DNA from: Octopus bimaculoides
Lineage: Eukaryota
Length of the DNA stretch: 33,897 nucleotides
Assembly: GCF_001194135.2 (NCBI RefSeq)
Contig: NC_068984.1
Span: forward strand, 73,535,438-73,569,334
Reading direction: 5' to 3'
Shown: positions 1 through 12,792 of the stretch, piece by piece
Layout of the letters: the number at the start of each line of letters is the position of its first letter
Position numbering within the stretch: the stretch's first letter is position 1
Position numbers and translations under genes: made by a program
Notes under the pieces: model-generated
The model's input: the letters and a program-made list of their open reading frames with translations, nothing else
The model's database searches: none
Told to the model about the DNA's origin: nothing

Positions 1-88
1 TATATATATATATATATATGCATATATATAGTCTATGTATGTGTATATGCGTATATATAATATAAATATATACATATGTATGTGTATA

Positions 89-162
<74 letters not shown>

Positions 163-295
163 TATACACATATATATATACATATACATATATATACACA
201 AATATATATACATATACACATATATATATACATATATATACATACATATATATATATATATATGCAATTTATTATGTGTATATATATATATATAA
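1..295. repeat. (TA)n/(TATACA)n microsatellite
   Basis: Direct inspection; explains the Ile/Tyr ORFs in the track. Confidence 0.98.
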
Positions 296-954
296 AGCTT
301 TAGTAGCTAATATCACCTGCCCACCTCTCATTTTTTTCAAGGTGATAGTATGTTGTTTGGGAGAGGTCTACAGTTTTTTGTTTTTTTTTCTAGCTCGTCG
401 GTCATTGAACCAATATCTTTTTACTGATCATTGTATATACTCGACTACATAAGCTAACATGTCCTTTCTTTTGTTAGTTTTGTGGTGTATGATTTCCGAG
501 AAATATTTCTAAATATAAATCGCTACTAATCTTGCAGCTTCCATATTTCGGTTGGAGCAGTTACTATACACAAAAATCATTTCAGAAAGTTAAAAATATA
601 TGGTGTGATTGATTAGAAAACCATCAGTCATTAATACTAATATGTTAACCATTAAAATACTGTAATATCCCACTGTATTTTGCATTAACTTTCATCCTAA
701 ACATCTGACACAATCATAAAGGTATCTTTGTGACATACAACGTGCCTTGGGCGACTTTGCCTTTCATCCTTTTGGGGGTCGATAAATTAAGTACCAGTTA
801 TGCACTGGGGTTGATGTAATCGACTTAATCCCTTTGTCTGTCTTTGTTTGTCCTCTCCATGTTTAGTTCCTTGTGGGCAATAAAGAAATAAGAAACTAGT
901 GGAGCTCATCCCATTCCAGGCCTGCGACAGCCAATTTCTTTTGAAGAGAGTGAA

Positions 955-983
955 AAGAGGAATGAGAGAAAGAGAGAGAAGAG

Positions 984-1022
<39 letters not shown>

Positions 1023-1197
1023 AGAATGAGAGAAGAGAAGAGAGGGAAGAGGAGAGAGAGGGAAGAGGAGAGAGAGAGAGAAGAGGAGAGGAAAGAGAGA
1101 AGAGGAATGAAAGACAGAGAGAGGAGGAACAAAAGAGAGAAGTGGAATGAAAGAGAAAGAGAAGAGGAATAAGAGAGAGAGAGAGAGAAAGAAAGAA
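955..1197. repeat. (GA)n polypurine microsatellite
   Basis: Direct inspection. Confidence 0.95.
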
Positions 1198-3190
1198 GAA
1201 CTGATCTTAGTACTGGATTGGCATTTAATTTATCAGCTCCAGATAAATGAAACACAAAGCATAGTATGGTAGGATTTGAACTCAAAATGCAAAGAGCTAG
1301 AATAAATACTCTAACGACTCTGCCATTTCATAACCAGAATCGGCTCACTGTACTTCTACCAATAATACAGCCAACACTGTCTCTCTCTAATCCCAAAGAT
1401 CAATTAAACATATTTCTTCTGTTTCTGTCGACTGTATACTATATTTCCCAAACTCAGTATCAGGTACTTATTTTTACAAGTCTTTCTACTACAAAACTTA
1501 AAATCCCTTGAACATTCTACTAGCTCAATTTTTCCACTTATGGTATCAGCCTTCAGAAGTTTAAACATGTATTGTAACAACACCACCAATCTAAGAAGAT
1601 ATGTAATACAACAGAGCATTGTTCACCTCTTCCTTAGCTTATCTAATAAGACAAAAATGGAAAAGCATACATGTCTTCTGGTTTTGTATCTAAAAGAAAG
1701 ATAAGAAATGAAAAATCCAAGATTGTACTTGTATTGGTGTTTACTCTCTAGGATTAGCAGGAAATGAGATTGAATTAAATACTATTATGAGTAAGTACCA
1801 TCGATTTGAACATGATCCAACAATGGACTCTGTAAATGGGCATTTGACCAGCTGAAAATAGCAACAAAATCTCCTTTAATCATATTTTGCCATCTTCAAA
1901 AGGAAAAAAAATGTACTGATTAATGTAGTTTTAGATACACTACATTGAAAATATAATGTGAGAAAGTCATTGCTGGAATACTTTTCAACATAGACCTGCT
2001 CAATCAATGCTAATCTCATGCTAAACAACAAATGCTACCCACCGATCCACCACAAAGCCTCTACACAGCCATCAGCAAGCAACAATTAGCAACCAAATCT
2101 ATTTCAGAATGTGACTTCTATTTATATAAAAGGTAAAAATATATCTAGATCTACAAGATCGTAGCTAGCCATGGTTACAAAACAATAGCAAAATGTTTGA
2201 TCTACTATGTTATGATAAAAGTTGAGATAGAATCCAGTTTGAAATTTATATGTACAAGTCATTACCAGTTGCTATGCTACCAGGTAATGGACCTAGCCAA
2301 GATGAAATAGAATCCTTCAGCAGAAGCTTACTACAATGATCGTAACAATTTGTTTGTTATGATCATTGAAACAAATTTTAATTCTATCTTGTACATGCTC
2401 TTGCTCTTTTTCACTGTATTTCTCTCTCAACAACAACAACTGCCTGTAATTGTAGTGAATCTTCTTTTAAAGCTAGTGTTGCTTGTCTATGTTGAAAAAC
2501 ATACAAAAACACAGACACACAACCAAAAGCAACATGTATAATATGCGCATATATAGTTATTTTTTTGTTTGTTTTTGAAGTCTATGCTGCATTGTGTTGA
2601 CAGACTTGCACTTAAAAGTTTCTCATTTTTAATCAAAACTTGTTAGTTACTATGGTGACAATACTACCAATCTATCTCTCTATTATCTTTCTCTCTCTCC
2701 TCCTCCTCCTCCTCCCTCTCTGTCTCTCTTTCCCTCTCTGTATTTCTATCCGAACAACAACTTCTCTTCCCCTTCTTCTAAGTATATGTTGTAATAGGAG
2801 TTATTTCCCCTTTTGATTCCTTCTCTTCTTCTCTCCCTATAATAGATGATGAGACAGACAGACATACAGACAGGTGGAGATCAGCTTCTCTTTTAAAATA
2901 TAAGATTCCAAAAACAAGAAAACCCATAGACACTTTAATCATTAATCAATACGAGGTCTAGCTAATTGAGCTGCAACCATGTCTTCATTTTCTCACCACA
3001 TGAAACATCAGCCAACCCAAAGAATGACAGGACTGAACTGTTTTGGGCTTTTGTCAAAAAGAGTGAGATTCACGGTAAGATAAGCTCATAAGTTATTAGT
3101 CAGACAAGGGTCCGGTAATTGATATCTTGCCACTGAGACCACATTGTGTGACCAGACTAAATGCATTACAAAACTTGCATTCTCTAAAGG

Positions 3191-3380
3191 AGTGAGCTGG
3201 TAGAACCATTAACACACTGGGCAAAATGCTTAGCAGCATTTTGTCTGTCTTTACAGTCTGAGTTCAAATTCCATCAAGGTCGATTTGCTTTTCTTCCTTT
3301 TGGAGTCAATAAAATAAGTACCAGTTGAACACTAGGTTGATGGAATCATCTTACCCCTCCCCTAAAATTGCTGAGACCAA
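3191..3380 (+). mobile_element. tRNA-derived SINE, family B (other copies 745-895 +, 1200-1325 -, 14885-15040 -, 15085-15245 -, 15283-15437 -, 16128-16319 -, 17085-17200 -)
   Basis: Head GAGCTGGYAGAA..GAGTTCAAAT, body TTTCATCCTTT..ATAAAWTAAGTACCAGT; boundaries approximate. Confidence 0.75.
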
Positions 3381-4488
3381 TATTTTCATTATCTTAAATA
3401 CTAAGTTCAGTTCCCCTCTAAGGTTAAAATTACTTTTATTATTTATATAATACTTTTATTATTATTTTTTAGATTTTGTGTAGGCAACAATAACTCATGA
3501 GTAAGTATGGTTTGTTTTAGGTGCCTATAGTTGTGGACACCTATAGGCACTTAGATAGGCATCTATAGTTGTGGACACCTATAGGCATATAAATATGGAC
3601 ACCTTCTCAGTCTCTTCACACTTGACCAAGCAGAAATCAAAGATGTAACAGCTAGCGAGGAGAGACAAGAGGGCTACACCAACACCCTGTGTGATACCTG
3701 TTACACTTGAATAGACTGAGCCATTGTAAAATGAAGTGCTCTGCTCAAAGACGAAATGCACAGCCTAATCTAGTAATGAACACATAAACCCACACTAACC
3801 ACTACATCACGCACCTTCACATTAATGAAACAACAATACAAAAGTAATTTTCACAAAGTAATTCCTACTTTCTCTGCAGTCAACACAAAAATGGACTTTC
3901 TACACCCAAGCTGGTACTTTGCATCAATCATGTCTAAATATTGTACCTTAAAATGTAACAAAGCGGCCACAGAAAATAAAGTCAGTATATGTGAGGTGCA
4001 AGAAGAAATCAGCTGATTATCCCTCCCTTTTCCAAAGAGAAAGACTATGAGGTCATCGCTTGAACTGCTAGATACAGCAACTACAGCTATCACAAATCAG
4101 ACACATTGCCAATTGTTTCTTGGTTTTAGAATAAGCATAACATGTCCCAGGATGTTGTAGAAAGCAATTAAAAGAGCTGGCAATGAGAAGGGTATCCAAC
4201 TGCAAAATACAGCTTAAAAAAAAAACTGTCCAACTGATGCTGGTATAGAAAAGCAAATATGAAATGATGATGATGATTCTTAAATACACAATGTCCTCAA
4301 GTGAAAGATGGGAAGGTGATAGCTGGAATGCCTTTGACCATAGATATAACTTGTCTGCTTTTGCCAATAGTTACACAACAAAATAAAATTAGACTGGCCA
4401 TGTTCATGTAATATGCCCACCCAAGCAAAATGGAGCAAACGTTACTCAACTAAAACAACAACAACAACAATAGCTCCAAAATACTCAC

Positions 4489-4646
4489 ACGGCGGGATAT
4501 TCTCATCTTTTTTAGACATCCATGGTAAACTTCTTCAAGTGTTAAAACTAAGTCTCGCTCAATTGGGGGATCTTTTTTCTTTTGACTTCGGCCATGTAAT
4601 CCACCAAAACTCAGGCTCAAATCGCCATCAACTCTATCAAAGAATT
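4489..4646 (-). CDS. DNAJB13: DNAJB13 coding exon 4 ([53 protein letters not shown]); gene continues beyond position 1
   Basis: Acceptor ttccttatag, donor gtgagt; [20 protein letters not shown] start of the type II Hsp40 C-terminal domain; 158 nt. I found no next exon in 1-4488. Confidence 0.95.
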
Positions 4647-4822
4647 CTATAAGGAATAAAACAAGAAAAATATGAAATACCTGGATATTTAATTCTATCT
4701 CTCTCTCTGAGACTATCTATCTATTGATATATATATATACATACATATGTGTGTATGGGTGTGTGTGCATGTGTATGTGTGCATGTATGTATGAATGTAT
4801 GTATATATATATATATATATAT

Positions 4823-5546
4823 NNNNNNNNNNNNNNNNNNNNNNNNNNNNNNNNNNNNNNNNNNNNNNNNNNNNNNNNNNNNNNNNNNNNNNNNNNNNNN
4901 NNNNNNNNNNNNNNNNNNNNNNNNNNNNNNNNNNNNNNNNNNNNNNNNNNNNNNNNNNNNNNNNNNNNNNNNNNNNNNNNNNNNNNNNNNNNNNNNNNNN
5001 NNNNNNNNNNNNNNNNNNNNNNNNNNNNNNNNNNNNNNNNNNNNNNNNNNNNNNNNNNNNNNNNNNNNNNNNNNNNNNNNNNNNNNNNNNNNNNNNNNNN
5101 NNNNNNNNNNNNNNNNNNNNNNNNNNNNNNNNNNNNNNNNNNNNNNNNNNNNNNNNNNNNNNNNNNNNNNNNNNNNNNNNNNNNNNNNNNNNNNNNNNNN
5201 NNNNNNNNNNNNNNNNNNNNNNNNNNNNNNNNNNNNNNNNNNNNNNNNNNNNNNNNNNNNNNNNNNNNNNNNNNNNNNNNNNNNNNNNNNNNNNNNNNNN
5301 NNNNNNNNNNNNNNNNNNNNNNNNNNNNNNNNNNNNNNNNNNNNNNNNNNNNNNNNNNNNNNNNNNNNNNNNNNNNNNNNNNNNNNNNNNNNNNNNNNNN
5401 NNNNNNNNNNNNNNNNNNNNNNNNNNNNNNNNNNNNNNNNNNNNNNNNNNNNNNNNNNNNNNNNNNNNNNNNNNNNNNNNNNNNNNNNNNNNNNNNNNNN
5501 NNNNNNNNNNNNNNNNNNNNNNNNNNNNNNNNNNNNNNNNNNNNNN
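4823..5546. other. Assembly gap (further gaps at 15681-15774 and 29438-29959)
   Basis: Runs of N; the largest is flanked by (TA)n on both sides. Confidence 1.
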
Positions 5547-5929
5547 ATATATATATATATATATAACAGAGTTATTAGTGAGGGACTATCAATCTGAGTT
5601 AAATACTTTATAAGCTACTTGTTAGTATACCAGGTTAAAAATGCTGTTTAGATTAGTACAGAACTCCACATATTCTTGTGGCAGGGCCCAGGATTATTTT
5701 GCTCAACTGATCAACAGGCCAATTGAGTAAAACCAATCAATAACAAACCAATAATGACTACTGGAAACAGTTGTAAGTCAAATTTACTACAATAAAGTAA
5801 TATGTAATGACCATTACTTATGCCCTGGCCAAAGTGCTAGGATAAGAACAGGCTCGGCAAAGATCAGAGAACTTCTTCTTTTGTTGGTAACAAATGGCAG
5901 CACCTTCAGAGTGAAAGATAGATTGTATG

Positions 5930-6275
5930 ATACCTGTGTGGGTCTCATGGAGGTGATGACAAGTGATCGAGACCTTTGACAATTAATTGTGCTTGAGAAG
6001 ACTCATCAAGCCAACTGAAGTGAAATTGTAGTTGTGGCTGGCGTCAGTGACATGTAAAAGCACCTGTTCTGGTGACATGTAATAACATCCGTGCTAGTGA
6101 CATATGAAAGGCAACCACTACACTCTTGGAGTGGTTGCTGTTAGGAAGAACATCAAGCCATAGAAACCAAGCCAAAATCAAACTGGAGCCTGGTACAACT
6201 CTCCAGCTTACCAGTTTCAACCAAACTGTCTAACCCATCGCAGCATGGAAAGCTGATGCTAAATGATGATGATAT
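5930..6275 (+). mobile_element. RTE 3' UTR/tail family copy (other copies 9700-9925 +, 24755-24950 -, 26700-26790 +, 29200-29437 -, 30085-30305 +)
   Basis: Shared GGCATTAGGAAGGGCATCCAGC..AACCCATGC(C/T)AGCATGGA..GATGATGAT sequence, also found at the end of the 18735 LINE; boundaries approximate. Confidence 0.7.
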
Positions 6276-6305
6276 ATGCACACATACATACACATACATG
6301 TGTAC

Positions 6306-6348
<43 letters not shown>

Positions 6349-6359
6349 GAGGGTGTGTA

Positions 6360-7570
6360 AGATATTTGAGGACAGATTTACGCCCTGGTTATTTCTAGAG
6401 GAGCTAATGGCCACACACTAGACAGGCTTAGGAAAGATCTAATTAGCACACTTGCCTCCATAGGATTTTAAAAAAATAACCACTGAGATGAACCTCACTA
6501 CCATGAACTTTTTAGATGTCACGCTCGACTTGGGCTCTGGTACATACAGGCCCTACTGCAAGCCAAATGAGAGGCTGAAGTACATCAACACACCCTCCTG
6601 TCACCCACCCATCATGTTCAAAGACCTGGTGGATGGTGTTAGTAAGAGAATCATGAACCTCTCCTCCAGCCAAGAGATTTTTGACAACAGCAGCTTCCCT
6701 GATGGCTATATCTACAGCAGCAGGCCCAGCAGTTCCAATAGCAGTAGTAACATCACCAGCGATGACAACAACAACGACAGCAATGGAAGTATCCCTAACG
6801 GAAATAGCAGTAGAGACATTGCCAATGACATCTACAACAGCAATGACAGCACCTCCATCAATGGCAATAGACATAGTAACAACAACGGCACCTTCACCAA
6901 CATGGCAGTGACAGCACCAGCACCATCAGCGCCAGAACCAACACCACCAACACCAGTAGCAATAGTGGTGGCAGCAGCGCCAACACCAGCAGCAACAGTG
7001 CCGGTAGCAGTGCCAATACCAACAGACACGCTACTACCAACACCTGACCATGAAGATACATCAGCTGTTCTGAGAATTCCTTCAAACAATGCTTCTCCAA
7101 CCATAGATCCTTCAGAATACCAGAAAGGAAATTTGTCACATCATTAGCCAGCCATGTATGGCAGATAATAGACAATGGGATTCCATACAATTCCATACAT
7201 AATATCATGGAGTATCCAGGCCCTTACATTAATGGGACCAACCATTGTAAATTATGCATAGTGGAATGGATAAGGATCCTTACAGACTCCCTCAACCCAG
7301 AAAACATCCTGAACCCCAGAACAGAGACCTTTGGACCATGCTTGCATTTCAGGAAATTCCTGCTAGCCTACTGGAACCCACGAAATAGCAAGGCGACCGG
7401 TGATCGATAGCCAAAGAGAGTTAAACCCCTTTGTTGACATTGAGTAATGAGCTCATTTCCTCCTCCATATTCTAGAGAGGGCTTTAGCCAATAAGTTTTG
7501 AGATATGATGATATGCCATAAAGCCAGGCCCTTTATGGACATGAAACCTAAAGTAATCTCATAAACTAGT
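6360..7570 (+). mobile_element. Penelope-like retroelement fragment (RT C-terminus, GIY-YIG C-terminal half, 3' UTR)
   Basis: NFLDVTLDL..Y.PY.KPN..L.YI...SCHPP (6488 onward); RYIS..ENSFKQCFSNH..SFR..TSLASHVW..CKLC..E..LN.R.E...C.H..KFLL (7050-7370); frameshifts present. Confidence 0.85.
7495..7566 (+). ncRNA. Minimal type I hammerhead ribozyme motif, degenerate (C3 replaced by A)
   Basis: Stem I GTTTTGAGAT/ATCTCATAAAC, core (A)TGATGA, stem II ATGCCATAAAG/CTTTATGGACAT, GAAA, one-pair stem III C-ctaaa-G, GTA cleavage triplet; lies at the PLE 3' end. Confidence 0.65.
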
Positions 7571-7600
7571 CTTTATCCAACTTTAATATATATATATATA

Positions 7601-8205
7601 CTAGCAGCTAAGCTCGGTTTCACCCGGTCAGTTTGGAAGATGTGGCTATAAAACCTGCTCTGTGTAAGCCCTCGACTTGTTTGGGCATGCTTACATTAAA
7701 AAACAATTTTAGAATGACTTTCTTCTGTCAAAACGCTAAAAATAACTGACCAACAAAAAAAAAAACAACCAAGATTCAACCAAATCAAAAAATAAACCCA
7801 AATACTAAGCGGACAAAGATGAACCATCCCACTTCCATTGCACACACGCGTGCACACAAACGCACAAACACACACACACACACACATTCACATACCCCCT
7901 TTTGCATACACACATATATTTACAGAGCTGAAATGCTGTTTGATTTATTTTTTCAGCATACAAATTTCATCATCCCACTACCTAGTATGACATCACCCCT
8001 TCCTTTCTCATTCATAAACACAAGAGTATTACTATAGTAGATTATCTCGGTAACCATGGGAGCTATGAAAAATATATAAAGCCCAGCATCAGCACCGGAT
8101 CATTCTACACATCTGTGTAATTTTTCATGCAATTTCACCCAGGCATTTGATCGTGAATCCCAAGACAAGAAAAAATCGTCCATGTCAAATTTATATATAT
8201 ATAGA
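7601..8205 (-). mobile_element. Non-autonomous Helitron
   Basis: Minus strand starts TCTATATATATATAAAT and ends with a GC-rich hairpin then CTAG; inserted between A and T. Confidence 0.8.
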
Positions 8206-8222
8206 TGTATATATATATCTGA

Positions 8223-8255
<33 letters not shown>

Positions 8256-8502
8256 CGCGAAATTATTGACATTGTTATCTTAATGTTTACTTTTCCATTC
8301 TAGCATCAGGCAAAATTTGTTGAAACAGAATATCTATGAGTAGATAGATACTGTTCCTGTTGCCAATATCCTCACCTGTTTCCAGACAAGGTGATTTCTC
8401 TCCCCACCCGCTATCCATCCATTTTTATCATAAATGATTATGAAAAAATGATTCGGAATGAAGGTGACATTGATTTACAATTAGAATGTGATGTGAAGAC
8501 AA

Positions 8503-8544
<42 letters not shown>

Positions 8545-10198
8545 ACACAGAGTGTTTTTTAATGAAACTGGAAAGACTTGACTAACTATTACTCAGAGCT
8601 ATGCATAAGCAATCATTAGACAGCTGTGAGACATTTTTAACTATATAATCATTTATAAGTGCTTATAAATGGTGCAGTGATAATTATTTAATAACTTATT
8701 GAATAAACATTTGAAGCTGATTAGACCAAGTGTTATTACTTTTCTAAATAAGAAGAATCTGTTTGATGTAAGTGATTGACCTTTGATAAAAAAAAAATAT
8801 AAACATTAAAACACAAGTTGAAATTTAATTAAAAACTGAATAAGATAAATTGCCTGTATACATAGAAACAGGCACAAAAATAACCGTGACAGAAAATAAA
8901 AACACTTTTAGAAATCAAGATTTTGCAAAGTAACATAAAAAGTAAAATTTAAAGTTAAGACAAGGGCAAATGTTTATCACACATACACACAAATAAGAAA
9001 AAAGACAATTAAATATAATATAAGCATAAAAAGATAAGTGATGCTACACAGAAAGACGAAGGGGAATCCATGCCTGGCAGGAAAGAAAGAAATAAAACAA
9101 AGAAAATGAAAAACAGATGCAAAAGAGAAAGAGAGAAGAAAAAAGAAAAAGAAGAGTAGACGGAAGCTAAGTTAAAAGATACTATCACACCCGACAGATT
9201 GTATTAAATATCTTATTTATTTCGGTCATTAGATTGCAGCCTTGCTGGGGTACCACCTTGATGCATTTTTAGTCAAACAAATTGACCCCTGCACTTTGTT
9301 ATTTTTGTAAGATTGGTACTAATTCTATTGGACTCTTTTGCTGAACTGCTCAGTTAGAGGAATGTAAACAAACCAACACCAGTTATCAATAGGTGTAATG
9401 GTTAACTAGCACGGACTCAAAGGCATGCACACATAGCTATAATAAATATACATATATGACAAGCTTCTTTCAGTTTCCATCTATCAAATGCTCTCACAAA
9501 GATTTGGTTAGTCTGAGGCTATAGTAGAATGCATTTTCCCCAGGTGCCATGTAGTGGGACTGGACTCAGAACGATGTGATTGGGAAGCAAACTTCTTACC
9601 ACACAGCCACAAGTAAAATAAAGCATATGTGATAGTCAGAAATGGAAATATATTAATATATTAATCATTCAGTGGAAAAGGTTTTTGGCTTTTTCTGTCT
9701 TGCAAATTACATGACAACCTCACTAGTGTTGGTGCTACAGAAAACAAAAAGATACCCAATACACTTTGTAAAGTGGTTGGCATTAGGAAAGGCATAAAGC
9801 CATAGAAACTATGCCAAAATGACATTGGAGCTCAATGCAGCTCAGCAGCTTATTAGTTCCCTATCAAACTGTCCCAACCATACCGGCATGGAAATCAGAC
9901 AATAAATGACAATGATGATGATGATTATATATATATATATATAATCTATCTATCTATAAGAATATTTGTGTATGTGTGTATATATTTGCATGTCTACATG
10001 TACATGTTTGCATATTTGTGTGTGGATTTGAAATTTGTGTATATATATTGCATATATATATATAATGTGCATGTATATATGTACATGTGTGCATGTATAT
10101 ATGCACATGCATATGGATGTGAGTGAGCACATTTGTGTGTGCATGCGTGTGTGCACACATGTGCACTTTATGGCAAAAGTAATTTTAAAATATCAAAC

Positions 10199-10360
10199 CT
10201 TGAAATGGATTATCCATGCCAAAGAATTCTCTGAAAACCCTTTCTGCATCTCCATGAAATACATAGCCTTTAGTCCAGGGTTCTGGTTCGTTTCCTTTAG
10301 TAGGAATGCCATTTTTCAGCCCTTCTTCACCAAACTGGTCATATATAGCCTTGTGCTGCT
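10199..10360 (-). CDS. DNAJB13: DNAJB13 coding exon 3 ([54 protein letters not shown])
   Basis: Acceptor ttgtcttttcag, donor gtttga; [10 protein letters not shown] and the GYVFHG..VF.EFFG..NPF segment typical of DNAJB13; 162 nt, phase 1 to 1. Confidence 0.95.
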
Positions 10361-10730
10361 CTGAAAAGACAAAATGTCGAAAAAGTTAATGATATATGCA
10401 AAGTTAATGAAATATGCAAAACATAGACAAAAGTACAGCGGTTCAAATCTTATTGGCTCTGAGTAGAGTTCATGGCCATAGTCTACCTAGCTGTAAAATG
10501 GAAACCACAAATTAGGAGTAACTTAGCATTTGAAGCACAGAAACAACATTGTAACATATAAATGGTTTTTGTTAATGTTGTTGTTGTTTGCTGGGTAACC
10601 CCAGTTCAACCCTGATTAAGTATAGCTATGTCCAGATGTGTTCCAGCCTTGACCAGCTTGTCAATTTTATGGGGATGGGGATGCAAAGGACTATATTATC
10701 CATTAGTATCATCAATGTCAACATCACTAT

Positions 10731-10732
10731 TG

Positions 10733-10773
<41 letters not shown>

Positions 10774-10862
10774 GTCACCATCATCATCATCATCATCGTC
10801 ACCATCATCATCATCATCATCATCATCACCGTCACCATCATCATCATCATCAGCAGCAACAG
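10731..10862. repeat. (ATC)n trinucleotide repeat grading into (AGC)n
   Basis: Direct inspection. Confidence 0.97.
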
Positions 10863-11249
10863 CAGAGACTACAAGAATGCATTTGAGCCAACAAAGGAGT
10901 CTTTATGTAAACCACTCAATCTGCTAAACACAGCAGTTAAATTACACATTGTTTAAATCAGCAGGATGTATACCAAGGGAATTTGATTGCGTATTCTAGC
11001 TTGTTGAATAAGTGTATACATAATCTTTCTCTGTGAATTTACAATGCAGAGTTCAAATATTGTGGGCTGAAGAAAAGCCATGAGAATCCTCACTAGTGCA
11101 GGAATCAGTATGTGAACATGAGTTCTTCAGTGGTACCCTCAACAACCAAAACGGATCATGTTGTTGTTGTTGTCGTCATCATCATCATCATAATCCTTCT
11201 TGTTTAACCCATCATTGGGCAGAGGTATAAGCAGCATTATTAAGTAAAA

Positions 11250-11930
11250 ACCCTCTTCAGTTATGAATGATCATGGGATTGTACCTAGAAAGCTCCCCTC
11301 TGAGGCACAGGTCCAGGCAAAGTTGTTTATGTGAGACCAGTAGTCACCCATGCATACCAACCTCCCATCTCAATGCCACCGGTGTTATCCAAGAGAAAAG
11401 CAAAGGTTGATACAGTTTGGCACCAGTAATGTCACAACTCATTTCTACAGCTGAGTAAGCTGGAGCAACATGAAATAAAGTGTCTTGCTCAGGAAAATAA
11501 CACACAGCTCAGTCCAGGAATCAAACTCACTACCATCAGAGCAACAAACCACCTCTGGTGATTTCCATGATGTTTATTCTTCATTGTGGTCAGTTTGGAG
11601 AAGTCCTCAACGGTTAGTCTCAAGATTAGTTGCCTAATCACTGTTTCAAGCAATTAGTCCACTACCGATCTAGTCTTCCACACCAATACTTAAAAGGAGT
11701 TTACCAGGGTCCATTTCCTGGTTTCCATGGCATTTAAACACCCCACCTAGATGGGACACCAGTCCATTACGGGACTACTCATTCTTGTAAGTGGAGTAGA
11801 CTGGACTAATTTGAAGTGAAGTGTTTTGCTCAAGAACACAACACATCGCCTGATCCAGGAATTGAAACCACAATCTTATGATCATGAGTTCAACACCCTT
11901 ACCACTAAGCCATGCACCTCCACACAGCAA
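11250..11930 (-). mobile_element. Two adjacent tRNA-derived SINE copies (about 11250-11535 and 11660-11930)
   Basis: Shared GTGTYTTGCTCARGAAHAYAACAC..GGAATYRAA segment; tRNA-like head on the minus strand of the second copy. Confidence 0.6.
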
Positions 11931-12513
11931 CACTTGCCTAAGATATAACCAAACTTGAGGGTTCACTCAAGGGTGTCAAATTTCTAGCATCAAATATACC
12001 TACCAAATCCTACTCACATGACATTGCAGAATCTGAGACTAAAGCAGAAGAAAACATTTTCCCAATATGCTTTGCTTCACAGGGGGAATCGAACCTAAAA
12101 ACCACATAGTTGTAAAAAGAACTTATTAACTGTACGGCTATGCCTGCACAGTGGGTTGTCAAAAACAGCAGCAAACAAAATGTATTGTAAAATAAATTCA
12201 CACCAGAATAAGACAAGGAATAATAATTCGTAATGTAAAAAGTTTTTATAATAATCTGTGCTTCCACTTAACACCAATGTCCAATGTTTACATGGCATTG
12301 TTGTTCCAAATGAAGAGTGAGACTGACAGACCACAGAAATGTTTTACAGCTCAAATACTATTGCTCTAAACTCACTAGCAAATCAAATAAACGAGGTGGT
12401 GCATCTATTATAGAATCCTTAAAAATCATCATTTAAATTGAAACAAATAAACATTTCAAACTACATGTAAATTAAGCAAAGTCACAAATCAAAATATTAA
12501 TATTTAAACAAAT

Positions 12514-12629
<116 letters not shown>

Positions 12630-12756
12630 TTTTGCATGCATGAATATTTTTATCAAGTAGCCATGATTGATTTGTAGAACTTTCTTTTTTTGTATCTTAA
12701 TCAAAAAAACATACTCTCTCAGATTTATCCCTATTAATTCATCAAGACTTATTGGA

Positions 12757-12792
<36 letters not shown>

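Noticed and set aside
33-303. Ile/Tyr-rich ORFs (also 4724-5613, 9950-10166, 18076-18336, 29276-30188)
   Set aside because: Translations of (TA)n/(CA)n microsatellites and N gaps; no coding signal.
896-1285. Glu/Arg-rich and Leu/Ser-rich ORFs
   Set aside because: Translation of a (GA)n tract.
3473-3506. Plus-strand 28-nt mini-exon candidate (tttttag...gtaagt)
   Set aside because: No linked exons or reading frame; such sites arise by chance in AT-rich DNA.
3825-4367. Several 60-100 aa ORFs just beyond DNAJB13 exon 4 as the missing exon 5 or a nested gene
   Set aside because: None resembles the expected Hsp40 continuation (KILTI.VK.GW..GT.ITF) or any domain I recognise; partly repeat-derived.
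8370-8400. Strong minus-strand donor CAG|GTGAGG in DNAJB13 intron 3
   Set aside because: Appears to lie in a SINE-derived segment (recall), no upstream acceptor found, and exons 3 and 4 already join in frame.
10588-10956. Poly-Ile, poly-Met and poly-Ser ORFs (also poly-Ile at 12504-12938)
   Set aside because: (ATC)n and (AAT)n repeats lack stops in some frames; no splice or domain support.
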